Source: Promethearchaeota archaeon
GTDB lineage: Archaea > Asgardarchaeota > Lokiarchaeia > Sigyniarchaeales > SOKP01
Length of the DNA stretch: 55,831 nt
Direction: 5' to 3'
Assembly: GCA_004524365.1 (NCBI GenBank)
Contig: SDNL01000001.1
Location: 1-55,831 of the forward strand
The notes under the pieces were generated by a model that did no database searches, was not told where the DNA came from, and was given only the letters and a program-made list of their open reading frames with translations. Shown piece after piece: positions 27,872-36,867 of the stretch. Every line of letters starts with the position of its first letter. Within the stretch, counting starts at the first letter, position 1. The translations under genes and the position numbers were made by a program.

Positions 27872-29986
27872 ATGAGATACGAAATAATCGAAGGTGTTAA
27901 TATTATTCAACCCTTAGAAATGGATTCCGATATTTATGATAAAATCATTCTAAAATTGGAAACTGAGACTCATATCAAATTTAAGTATTATCAAAATAAT
28001 TATGTGATAAAAAGAATCAAATCAAGAATAAATTCTTTGAATTTATCTTCTGATGGAGCTTATTATGATTATTTAAAGAATCACCCAGATGAAATCGATC
28101 TTTTCTTAGATAATTTTACTATTAATTATTCTTACTTTTTTAGAAACTTTAACGTTTTTCAAGAAATAAAGAAATTGATAGAAAATGCGGGATTAACTCA
28201 ACAAGACACTATAAGAATATGGTCATGCCCTTGTGCTTCTGGTGAGGAGCCATATTCCTTGGCGATATTATTTGAAGAGTTAAAAAATGATAAGAAAAAT
28301 TTTCCTAATTATGAAATTATAGGTTCGGATATCAATCCAAACGCTATAAAAAAAGCAAGATTAGGAATTTACGGCGAACATGCTTTGAGTGAGATACCTG
28401 AAAAAATAAAGAAAAAGTACTTTGAAAGACTTTCAGAAAGTTCTTTAAAATATAAACTGATAAAAAAAATAAGAACTAAAGTAAGATTTATTAATGAAGA
28501 TATTACTTTAGGCCATCAAAAGTCTCAAAAATACGATATAATATTATGTAGAAACTTTATAATTTATATAGATAATATTTACCGAAAAGAACTCCTTAAG
28601 AATCTCAAAATGGTTTTAAAAGAGCAAGGTATATTAATACTAGGTAAAACCGAAAAAATTAGACAAGACAATGCTCTTGAAATCATTGATCCAATTAATC
28701 AATTTTATATCCATAATTCAGAAAATGTAAATGATAAATATCCATATAAATCTCTTTTATTTAAAAAAAATGAACAAAAAAGAATTTCAAAACCTCTAAA
28801 TCTAAAATTACAGAGTAGAGAATTCAAAACAAGAGAAAAATCAAATAAAAAACACCTACAAACAAGAAAAACTAAAAAACAAATTGAACAAAAGAGAGAG
28901 AAAAAGAATGATAAAAATGAAAATGATAATAAAAATTCAATAAAATTAATTAAACCTAATAAAGCCAAAGTCAAAAATGATAAAATTGTAGAATTAGAAC
29001 TAGAATCAGAACCCAATAAAACTACATATACATTAAATGAATTCAATGACAAATTTGCAAACCAAAAAATAAAAGGTTCTCAAGAAAAATTAGAAATCCA
29101 AGGTGAGTCTTCTGAACAAATCCAAGAGAATTTAAAAAAATTAAAAGAAAAGATTGATAAGGAAATCTTTTATCTTGACCAGCAGAGAGATGATTTAAAT
29201 AATAAAATATCAATTTTCCAAAAAAAACAAAAAGATTTTCAATTAGAAAAAGAACAATTTATTCGAAAAAAATTATTTTTTAAGCAACAAAAGAAACAAT
29301 ATGAAAAGGAATTAAAATGGTTTCAAAAACAAAAAAATCAGTTCGAGACTAATAGAGAACGATTTAAAGTTAAAAGAATTCAATTTTTAAAGGAGAAACG
29401 GAAATTTGAATCACGATTGCACAATAATAAAAAAAATAATGATAACATTAAAAAATTTGAAGAAAAAAAGAGATCTCTTAAGGAATATATATTACCTCTT
29501 GGGAGCCATATCTTACTTTCTCAAAATGATAATAGACTTGGAATAGGACTTTTAAGTTTATATGGGTTGGGAAGTAGCTATGTGTTAATTTTAGTTGATT
29601 CTGTTATCAAAGTATATAGCATGGCTCATATTTTATTTTCTAAACCAAAAAATAAAATACAAATGCCCGAGGAAGTATCAGCAATTGAAAAACCACATCA
29701 ATATGCTTCCCTATGTGTACCCTATTTGATAAAGAGAATGCTAGTGAAAGGGGCCTCAGAAAAAATGATCTCTGCTTATATTATTGGAGGTGCTCAGTTA
29801 TTCAATAAAAAATATGAGTCTATTATGGAAACTTATAATATTCTTAAAGAAAAATTGTCAGCATATAATATAGAACTTCTTAATTCAGATATAGGGGGAA
29901 AATCACGCCGTATGATAAAATATAACCTTAATGAAGAAAAATTATATTTAAGAACTGAGGATGAAAAATCCTTTAAACCCTTATAG
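27872..29986 (+). CDS. cheR: CheR methyltransferase fused, via a basic coiled-coil linker, to a CheD-like domain
   Basis: The N-terminal ~285 aa form a CheR domain (FFRN..., WSCPCASGEEPYSLAILF, ILCRNFIIY). The C-terminal ~170 aa align by eye to T. maritima CheD (GLGSSYVLIL..MAHILFS..IIGGAQLF..SDIGGKSRRMIKYNL..KLYLR). Confidence 0.8.
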   Translation: MRYEIIEGVNIIQPLEMDSDIYDKIILKLETETHIKFKYYQNNYVIKRIKSRINSLNLSSDGAYYDYLKNHPDEIDLFLDNFTINYSYFFRNFNVFQEIKKLIENAGLTQQDTIRIWSCPCASGEEPYSLAILFEELKNDKKNFPNYEIIGSDINPNAIKKARLGIYGEHALSEIPEKIKKKYFERLSESSLKYKLIKKIRTKVRFINEDITLGHQKSQKYDIILCRNFIIYIDNIYRKELLKNLKMVLKEQGILILGKTEKIRQDNALEIIDPINQFYIHNSENVNDKYPYKSLLFKKNEQKRISKPLNLKLQSREFKTREKSNKKHLQTRKTKKQIEQKREKKNDKNENDNKNSIKLIKPNKAKVKNDKIVELELESEPNKTTYTLNEFNDKFANQKIKGSQEKLEIQGESSEQIQENLKKLKEKIDKEIFYLDQQRDDLNNKISIFQKKQKDFQLEKEQFIRKKLFFKQQKKQYEKELKWFQKQKNQFETNRERFKVKRIQFLKEKRKFESRLHNNKKNNDNIKKFEEKKRSLKEYILPLGSHILLSQNDNRLGIGLLSLYGLGSSYVLILVDSVIKVYSMAHILFSKPKNKIQMPEEVSAIEKPHQYASLCVPYLIKRMLVKGASEKMISAYIIGGAQLFNKKYESIMETYNILKEKLSAYNIELLNSDIGGKSRRMIKYNLNEEKLYLRTEDEKSFKPL

Positions 29987-30096
29987 AAACAGTTTTTATA
30001 TTTTCTAATCTTCTTTTTACTTTTAAAATCTTAACATTCTCTTATTTGCATGTTCGCATTTACTAAGATTTAAATATAATTTTTATAATTATATTT

Positions 30097-30900
30097 TTGA
30101 TTTTAAAAATGGAATTACTTCAACAAGCAGAAAAGGATTATAAAAACTGGGGAAATTTTCTTGATATTTCGGGATTTATGGATAAAATAACGACAAATCT
30201 TTCCGAAAAAGGCTTTGAGCGTGGAAACTCCCGTCTTGTTTATAGTGTATGTCCTGATGATGTCAATAGATTGCAAGACTTAAATACAATAGAAAAAGCA
30301 CTTACAAGTGAATATAACAACGAATTTCATTTGGGCGGCCTAGGTGCATACCCTATGGGCGGAGTATCTGGGATAATTGCTGCAAGTCATCACCCTCCTG
30401 ATAGAATTCTAAATGGTGATAGGCGCGGCGGTAATTTAATCTTTTTTATAAGCCCTCATTTCGGTCTTATCGAAAAAGAGAATTACCTCTATGGAAAAAT
30501 TATCAGACCAGGTCAACAAAAAATTACAAGTTCATGTGGTGCAATGATGGGCTTTTTAGATGCTTTAAAAACAGCGGGTAGTCCAAATAATTTTGATATT
30601 ACGCCCGACCCACATACTTTAGACCCTACTCGGATGGTATTACACTCTGAACTCATCAATAATTACTCGGATTGGCTCAATAATATTCTTCAAATGGATG
30701 ATCCTAATGATCAGGTGATTGATCTCTTTAAGTTAAATTACGATTTAGTAATTAATAAGATAGATGAAATGATAGAGGAATTTTTAACATTAGAAGGGGA
30801 TCACTTCGAAGGTGATATCGCAGTAATCGGAGGAGTTACTGTCAATACAGTATCTGGTGACAATTTTATTCTAAAAGAAATTAAATTTCCCAAAATCTAA
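30097..30900 (+). CDS. Hypothetical protein; tentative LCIB/LCIC-like (beta-carbonic-anhydrase-fold) family member
   Basis: Candidate metal ligands are spaced like a beta-CA-type site: VCPDDVNR (Cys/Asp), SPHFG (His) and SSCGAM (Cys). This rests on recollection of the family only. TTG start; an ATG lies at 30109. Confidence 0.3.
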   Translation: MILKMELLQQAEKDYKNWGNFLDISGFMDKITTNLSEKGFERGNSRLVYSVCPDDVNRLQDLNTIEKALTSEYNNEFHLGGLGAYPMGGVSGIIAASHHPPDRILNGDRRGGNLIFFISPHFGLIEKENYLYGKIIRPGQQKITSSCGAMMGFLDALKTAGSPNNFDITPDPHTLDPTRMVLHSELINNYSDWLNNILQMDDPNDQVIDLFKLNYDLVINKIDEMIEEFLTLEGDHFEGDIAVIGGVTVNTVSGDNFILKEIKFPKI

Positions 30901-31053
30901 TTCATTTTTTTTTCTTTTAATTATTATTTTACAATTTAACACAAAAACTTTTTTGACTATAAAAATCATAAGAAAAGAATACATTTTTATAATAAATCTA
31001 TTATTGTATAATAAAAATATAAGGAATAATTTTTTTCTACCAAAGAAATAAAA

Positions 31054-32550
31054 ATGATAACTCAAGGCTTAGCGAAAATTATTGAATCAAGTTCTAATGA
31101 AATTAACTTATTTTATAAAAAAATTGATGAATATTTCAAAGGTAATATGTTAAAAAATATACAAAAATTACCTCTTAATGCTAATGATCCTAAAGAAGTA
31201 TTAAAATCTCTGGTTTCATTAATTTATGATATATTAAGAGATTTGAGTTTTTCAGAACAAGAAATAGAATGTCATTTTTCTTCACTTTGGAAAAGCAATA
31301 TAGAAGATCAGTTAGGAAATAAGAAGGAAATTATGGAGATATATGAGATTTTGTCGCCACTGCTTTATAAACTCTTCCTAGATAAAATCATTAATTACTT
31401 GGCGGATACAAAATCAAATTCTCATATGGCAAAATTAAAGTCTGAGAACTTCTTACCGATTGAATTTATAATAAAATTGAAAGAATTAAGAAAATTTTTT
31501 AATCAAAATTTGGAGAAAAAGGATAGATTACAAAAATATTTGCAAATACAAAATAAAATCTTACAAAAATTAATTAATAATCAAGAAAATATTGAGAAAT
31601 TTCAACAATTGAATGATCCAAGAGATAGAATCCAATTATCCTACATCATGTATCGTATCATAGAATTTTTCAATTTGGAAGGAATGTTTGATTTTTCTCC
31701 TATCCAGGATTACATTAAAGAACATCCGGAACAATGGTTGGATACAATCCCATTAGTTTCATTAAAAAATCCCGATATTTATTACTGTGGGATCTATCTC
31801 ATTAATAAACTTATTATTCCAATGGATATGAATGATGTAAAATACTTCCTTTTAAATATGTATGACGAATGCATTGACGAATTTGAAGCCCCACTCATAG
31901 AAGCTACAAATCAAGTTTATTTCTTTTTTAAGTCCTCTTGGATGGCAAGGCTAGAGCTTTCTAACAGACAAAATAAAGAACTACTCAAAGGAGATAAAGT
32001 TTATTATACCACATCCTATCTTAGAAATCTCGAAACTTCTCAATTAGTTCTAATTTTAAGAGTATATAATCATTTAGATTTATTTGATAAATTGGATCAA
32101 GATAAAATTAAGCCGATTACCAATGAAATAGAGAGAAGAGTCTCGGAAAAGGGGATTAAACAATTTCGGGATGGTTTTATCTCTGCAGAAGCTACATACC
32201 ATGTCTTATTTTATAAATATATGAGAAATAGTTTAGAAGGACTTCAAACCCAAAAGATTTTGGATAATATTATTTCTCGTATTTATAGAAATCTACAACT
32301 TATTGATTTTTCAGAAGATATTAATTATGACTTGCTCACTGAATTGTTTTATGCATGTCAGAGCCTTCAATTATTAAATTGTATCGAAAATGAGTCTATG
32401 GTGGAACTACTTGCTAAGCATCTTTTCCCAACAAGGGTCCTTCAAAAATTTATAGATTCTGATGAGACCCCTACTTTCAATAACTCAAAACTTTTTGAGC
32501 TCAAGATATCAAAAGATACAGGCGACCTTATTCATGAAATTAGGCACTGA
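31054..32550 (+). CDS. Hypothetical all-helical protein
   Basis: A long ORF (498 aa) with local codon usage. I recognise no catalytic motif. The C-terminal half has recurrent aromatic-rich helices (IYYCGIYLINKL, VYFFFKSS, ATYHVLFYKY, LFYACQSLQLL). Confidence 0.4.
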   Translation: MITQGLAKIIESSSNEINLFYKKIDEYFKGNMLKNIQKLPLNANDPKEVLKSLVSLIYDILRDLSFSEQEIECHFSSLWKSNIEDQLGNKKEIMEIYEILSPLLYKLFLDKIINYLADTKSNSHMAKLKSENFLPIEFIIKLKELRKFFNQNLEKKDRLQKYLQIQNKILQKLINNQENIEKFQQLNDPRDRIQLSYIMYRIIEFFNLEGMFDFSPIQDYIKEHPEQWLDTIPLVSLKNPDIYYCGIYLINKLIIPMDMNDVKYFLLNMYDECIDEFEAPLIEATNQVYFFFKSSWMARLELSNRQNKELLKGDKVYYTTSYLRNLETSQLVLILRVYNHLDLFDKLDQDKIKPITNEIERRVSEKGIKQFRDGFISAEATYHVLFYKYMRNSLEGLQTQKILDNIISRIYRNLQLIDFSEDINYDLLTELFYACQSLQLLNCIENESMVELLAKHLFPTRVLQKFIDSDETPTFNNSKLFELKISKDTGDLIHEIRH

Positions 32551-32585
32551 ATTTAAATAATATTGTTAAAAATTAAAAAAATATA

Positions 32586-33236
32586 TTAAATTGATTTGAT
32601 CTTTTTGACTACTTCTCGAAGTTGTAAACTTCCCATCCCTAATCTTATCTCTTTAGAGAAAATTAAAATGAGAATAACTTCATAATCTTCTGCTAAATTA
32701 GTAAAGATTGAACATACCTTTTGTTTGTTCTCTAACTCAAGAAACATTTTCCTAACCTTTATCAATTTTTTTTGATTTCTTACTTCAAATTCTTTAATAG
32801 TATTTAATAATGTCTTATGTGGGAGGGAAGAGTAGAGAACCTTACCTGTAACCGTTAATAAAGCACTTCCAATAACCTCTTTATCATCAACACACTCTCT
32901 TAAAATATATAAAATATCTTCGAAGATATCCAAGGAGTTGAGATTTTGATCCATCGAATTTACCGATTCTTGAGTTTTTCCTTCAAAAAATTCCATTTTT
33001 GAGAATTCAAAATCAATTTTTTGATATCCTCGAGGTACATAATTTTTATCAATATAAACCTGGAAGCTGTGCCCGCAAATCAATCCTTTCGGAACTGAAA
33101 CAGTCGTTAACTGCTTACTTTCATTAATTATTTTAGAGGGGATCATAAGATGATCCTTTTTATCACAAACAGGACATTTTATCAATGTCTCTGTATATTG
33201 ATTACCCTCTGTGCTTGTATCTTTTTCACTTATCAT
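32586..33236 (-). CDS. Zinc-ribbon protein with C-terminal Roadblock/LC7-like domain (paralogue of 50171..50782)
   Basis: CPVC...CGHSF ribbon followed by RGYQKIDF. The C-terminal EVIGSALLTVTGKVLYSSLP...EVILILIFSKEIRLG fits a Roadblock-like pattern by eye. Confidence 0.5.
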   Translation of the reverse strand: MISEKDTSTEGNQYTETLIKCPVCDKKDHLMIPSKIINESKQLTTVSVPKGLICGHSFQVYIDKNYVPRGYQKIDFEFSKMEFFEGKTQESVNSMDQNLNSLDIFEDILYILRECVDDKEVIGSALLTVTGKVLYSSLPHKTLLNTIKEFEVRNQKKLIKVRKMFLELENKQKVCSIFTNLAEDYEVILILIFSKEIRLGMGSLQLREVVKKIKSI

Positions 33237-33494
33237 CTTTTAAAAAAATATCTTAATTTTCTGAATAATAATTAATATGTAAAATCTCAAATCAGATAAT
33301 AATTTTTATCATATATAAGGTTTATCAAAAAAAAAGGGACTTTTTTTACAAAAATTCTGTTAGAAATAAATTTTTTCCTTTTTTTTTACAAAGATTTAAA
33401 TAAGAATTTTGAGATTGTTTTATCAAATAGTTATTTTGTGTGAATAAAAAGTAAATTAAAACAAAAAAAGGAATAATAAGGTGAAAAATTAGAA

Positions 33495-33809
33495 ATGGCA
33501 TTAGAGATAGGTGAACTAACAGGTCTCATCATGATTTCGGTGGCAGTCGTAATATTTATTATCTCAATGATTCTACAAAAATCATTGATTAAATATTTCC
33601 CTGGTATTATCTGTACCTGGTTTATCTTTCTATTTACAAATATAGAGGCACTTCCAGAGATTGCAACAGAATTGGCTGATTTATTTAACTTGTTTGAGCA
33701 TACATTCATTATGCTGTCCGCAATATGCTTCACTTTGGGAATTCTGTATGAATATTATTCCGGGTTTATTCGGAGTAAGCTTGATCATATGGCGAGAGGT
33801 GAAAAGTAA
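33495..33809 (+). CDS. Small three-helix membrane protein, or the detached N-terminal membrane part of the MCP
   Basis: Three hydrophobic helices. The stop lies 1 nt before the MCP ATG, and the MCP frame is also open across 33661..33810. Confidence 0.4.
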   Translation: MALEIGELTGLIMISVAVVIFIISMILQKSLIKYFPGIICTWFIFLFTNIEALPEIATELADLFNLFEHTFIMLSAICFTLGILYEYYSGFIRSKLDHMARGEK

Positions 33810-33810
33810 T

Positions 33811-34932
33811 ATGTTATTAATTGAAATAGTCGATTTAAGAGATGGAGGGCTTAATTTAATAGGAGTATTTTTCTTTATGATCGCTTTGATTTTAGCCTTG
33901 ATTCTCTATTATAGAGAACGAACCTTGACTCATATCTTTTTCTTCTTGATAATGTTTGGAGGTTTTATGTATGCTCTTGGAAATGTTTTAGATAAATGGG
34001 GTTTTTCGCAAGGAGAACTTATGTGGGATGTTATGGGTGAAACTTTTAGCATGTTTATGATCGCTTTGACGTTTGTTGTAGGGTTTGTTGATGTGCTAGA
34101 GGTACGAATTGAGCAGCATGAGCAAGATTTAGAAAGATTAATTGATCATGCGGAACAAACCGCTATTAATGTTGCAAATATATCAGCAGAATTAGAGGCT
34201 AGTGCAGAAGAGGTCGATAAAGCAATACATGGAGCAGATGATCACATCCATCAATTGGAAAAAGGAACATTAGGACAAGTTGAAGCGCTAAAAGAAGTAG
34301 AAAGACATGCAATATCTGTAGATGAGAATGCTCATGAGATTTTAGAACATACAGGAGATATTGATCAAGTAATGAAATTAATTGCTAGCATCTCGGAAGA
34401 AACAAACCTCTTAGCGTTAAACGCAAGTATTGAAGCAGGAAGGGCAGGAGAACACGGTAGGGGCTTTGCAGTAGTTGCTGATGAGGTCCGAAAGTTAGCG
34501 GAAGAATCAAGAAGTTCTGTTTCTCAATCTGGAGAAAAGATTCAATTTATAGAAAGACTAATTGAAACAACAGTCGAAGCAATAGATAATGTAACAAAGG
34601 AAATCCATGAAGCTGAAGAACACGAAGAGGAAAATGAGGTAGCATTGGAAGAGATTGAGGAAACTCTAGATCAACAAGTTGTTGCAATGGATGAAATTGT
34701 AGCAACCGCTCAGAGATTAGAATTGCTAGCAGAAGAATTGCAAGAAGAATTAGATATTCATAGAGGGGAAGAAGGAAAGAAAGCGATTCAAACTAAAAAG
34801 ACAAAACCTAGCCGACAGATAAAGACCGGAAAAAGCGAGAAGAAAGAACACAAACAGAGAATAAAAGTTGAGAAAGCAGAAATACCAGAAGAGGAAGTTA
34901 TAGAAAGCGAAAGTGTCATAAAGGTAGACTAA
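33811..34932 (+). CDS. Methyl-accepting chemotaxis protein (membrane-embedded sensor, short signalling domain)
   Basis: The canonical hairpin-tip motif [38 protein letters not shown]. About 4 N-terminal TM helices with very short loops. No recognisable HAMP domain or large extracytoplasmic domain. K/E-rich tail. I take the start at the ATG at 33811, in frame with listed ORF 33661..34932. Confidence 0.85.
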   Translation: MLLIEIVDLRDGGLNLIGVFFFMIALILALILYYRERTLTHIFFFLIMFGGFMYALGNVLDKWGFSQGELMWDVMGETFSMFMIALTFVVGFVDVLEVRIEQHEQDLERLIDHAEQTAINVANISAELEASAEEVDKAIHGADDHIHQLEKGTLGQVEALKEVERHAISVDENAHEILEHTGDIDQVMKLIASISEETNLLALNASIEAGRAGEHGRGFAVVADEVRKLAEESRSSVSQSGEKIQFIERLIETTVEAIDNVTKEIHEAEEHEEENEVALEEIEETLDQQVVAMDEIVATAQRLELLAEELQEELDIHRGEEGKKAIQTKKTKPSRQIKTGKSEKKEHKQRIKVEKAEIPEEEVIESESVIKVD

Positions 34933-35021
34933 AATCAAAAATTTAAAGTGGTTTTTTTATTTCCACATTTTTTTCATTATTTTTAAAAAAAAAATAAAAC
35001 ATATATGTGTAGGCAAACAAC

Positions 35022-35840
35022 ATGATTGATATGAAAAAGTTTTCAAATATGAATAAACTACGAACAGGAAAGTCTCAATCCATATTAGGGTTTTGTATAT
35101 TAAAACTCGGGAATAATCAATCACTTAATGATTATGAATTGGTTTTTAAAAAAGGATTAAGAGACCCATTGATTCAAAATGTAATTGAATCAAATAAACA
35201 AGAAATTATGCAGAAGGAAAAAGGAAATTCAATCATTCCGCTAGATGAAGTTATGATTATTATTCACTTTTTTGAAGATTCCTATCAAAATAAAATTATT
35301 TTAATTTTTATGGACGATAAAGAGAGAGATATCAATTTTACTCAATTATACTTAATTTCAAAAGAAATTTTTAAAAAATTCAGTTCACAGATTAATCATA
35401 CTGAAATAAAAACATTTTGTAATGAAATAATAAAAATCCCTCAGAGTGAGGATCTTATTGGAATTTTTATTTTAAATCCCTCGGGAAGTCCTTATTTTAC
35501 AAAAATAAATAAGGAAAGGGCGGGTTTAGCTAATAAGGATGTACAAATTAGTGGATTTATTTCAGCAATCCTTACATTTTCAAAAGAGGTTATTTCACAA
35601 GATTCAGGAGGAAATTTAAAGGAAATCAATTTTGGAAATCAGAGGTTTTTTACAATTATCAGAAATAATGTAATATTTGCATATTTAGTTGAAAATGCAA
35701 ATAAATTATTTAAAAGATATATGCAAATCGTAGTTGATGAGTTTTTCAGCTCGTATAAGAAAGAGTTAGAACAATACAATGGAGATATTTCTCCGTTCAA
35801 AGGTTTTGAAAATACATTAAACAAATACTTTAAAATATAG
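35022..35840 (+). CDS. Tandem Roadblock/longin-like domain protein (tentative)
   Basis: Two alpha/beta-looking halves. The second (LIGIFILNPSGSPYFTK...ISGFISAILTFSKEV...LKEINFGNQRFFTIIRNNVIFAYLVE) fits the Roadblock/longin-type pattern. It ends 6 nt before cheW. Confidence 0.45.
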   Translation: MIDMKKFSNMNKLRTGKSQSILGFCILKLGNNQSLNDYELVFKKGLRDPLIQNVIESNKQEIMQKEKGNSIIPLDEVMIIIHFFEDSYQNKIILIFMDDKERDINFTQLYLISKEIFKKFSSQINHTEIKTFCNEIIKIPQSEDLIGIFILNPSGSPYFTKINKERAGLANKDVQISGFISAILTFSKEVISQDSGGNLKEINFGNQRFFTIIRNNVIFAYLVENANKLFKRYMQIVVDEFFSSYKKELEQYNGDISPFKGFENTLNKYFKI

Positions 35841-35846
35841 AAATAT

Positions 35847-36431
35847 GTGATTAAAAAAATGCAAAAAAATATTTATGAGAAAGAAAACATTTCAATTATT
35901 ATTTTTAATGTGGGCTGGGAAGAATTCGCGATCGATCTCTTAGATGTTAAAGAAATTATACAGGCAGGACAAGTAAGAAAACTTCCAAAAAGTATGGATT
36001 TTATCGATGGAATTTATAACTATCGCGGGGAAATCATCCACATTATTAATTTACGTAAAAAACTTAATTTGGATGAGTATAAATTATATAGATCCAAAAA
36101 GGAATTATATGAAAGTAAAAAAGAGGGAGAAACTGTTAGTGAAGAGCAAATAGGAGGTTCTAATGGGGGGACAGCAAAAAAATATATAATAATTGTTAAT
36201 GTTGATAACAAAAATATTGGATTTTATGCTGATAAAATTCATAATGTTTCTCAAATTAACAAGAGCGATATTATAGACCTCACTCCTATATTTCAAACAA
36301 GCGTGGATGTTAATTATATTAAAGGGGTTATTCGATTTGAGGATCGACCTCGAATCCTAATAAATCTTAGTAAAGTATTAACCGAAGCCGAAGCTCAAAT
36401 GATTCAAAAAGAATTAGATTCAAGAAAATAA
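35847..36431 (+). CDS. cheW: CheW coupling protein (with a ~35-aa insertion)
   Basis: FAIDLLDVKEIIQ...P......GIYNYRGEIIHIINLRKKL and a C-terminal IKGVIRFEDRPRILINL. GTG start; an ATG lies at 35859. Confidence 0.8.
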   Translation: MIKKMQKNIYEKENISIIIFNVGWEEFAIDLLDVKEIIQAGQVRKLPKSMDFIDGIYNYRGEIIHIINLRKKLNLDEYKLYRSKKELYESKKEGETVSEEQIGGSNGGTAKKYIIIVNVDNKNIGFYADKIHNVSQINKSDIIDLTPIFQTSVDVNYIKGVIRFEDRPRILINLSKVLTEAEAQMIQKELDSRK

Positions 36432-36446
36432 AATAAAAAAAAAGAG

Positions 36447-36845
36447 TTGATAAATTATATGCCAGAAAAGAAAAAAATACTTGTTGTAGATGATGCAGCC
36501 TTCACTCGTAATATGCTTAAAAAGATAATAGATAATGCAGACTATACAAAGGTAGTTGGAGAGGCATCAGATGGAAACGAAGCAATAAAACTTTACAAGC
36601 AGTTAAAACCTGATTTAGTTACGATGGATCTGGTCATGCCAGTTAAAGGTGGTATTGAAACAATAGAAGAAATTAAAAAATTTGATGATGGTGCCTTAAT
36701 CATCTGTGTATCTGCATTAGGTCAGGAAGCATTAGTACTAGAGGCTGCAAAAAAAGGGGCAAAGGATTTTATCCAAAAACCTTTTAAGAGCGATCAAGTA
36801 ACAGAAGTTCTAGAACGTACACTCCTAAATAATAAAGGCCATTAA
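36447..36845 (+). CDS. cheY: CheY response regulator
   Basis: KILVVDDAAF, DLVTMDLVMP (phospho-Asp), VSALG and IQKPF. A single REC domain of ~125 aa. TTG listed; ATG at 36459. Confidence 0.9.
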   Translation: MINYMPEKKKILVVDDAAFTRNMLKKIIDNADYTKVVGEASDGNEAIKLYKQLKPDLVTMDLVMPVKGGIETIEEIKKFDDGALIICVSALGQEALVLEAAKKGAKDFIQKPFKSDQVTEVLERTLLNNKGH

Positions 36846-36867
36846 AAATTGAAGGTGAAAATTAGCA

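Noticed and set aside
28705-29052. 115-aa minus-strand ORF, plus other antisense ORFs in the Lys-rich regions (26561..26755, 39683..39865, 40121..40315, 40667..40855)
   Set aside because: They are antisense to AAA/GAA-rich coding sequence. The Phe/Ser/Leu-rich translations are the expected mirror of K/E-rich genes.
33661-33810. The 5' extension of the MCP ORF ([21 protein letters not shown]...)
   Set aside because: The first ~30 residues look non-native, and the region overlaps the upstream membrane ORF. The ATG at 33811, directly after that ORF's stop, is the more plausible start. The alternative frameshift-fusion reading is reported as a finding.
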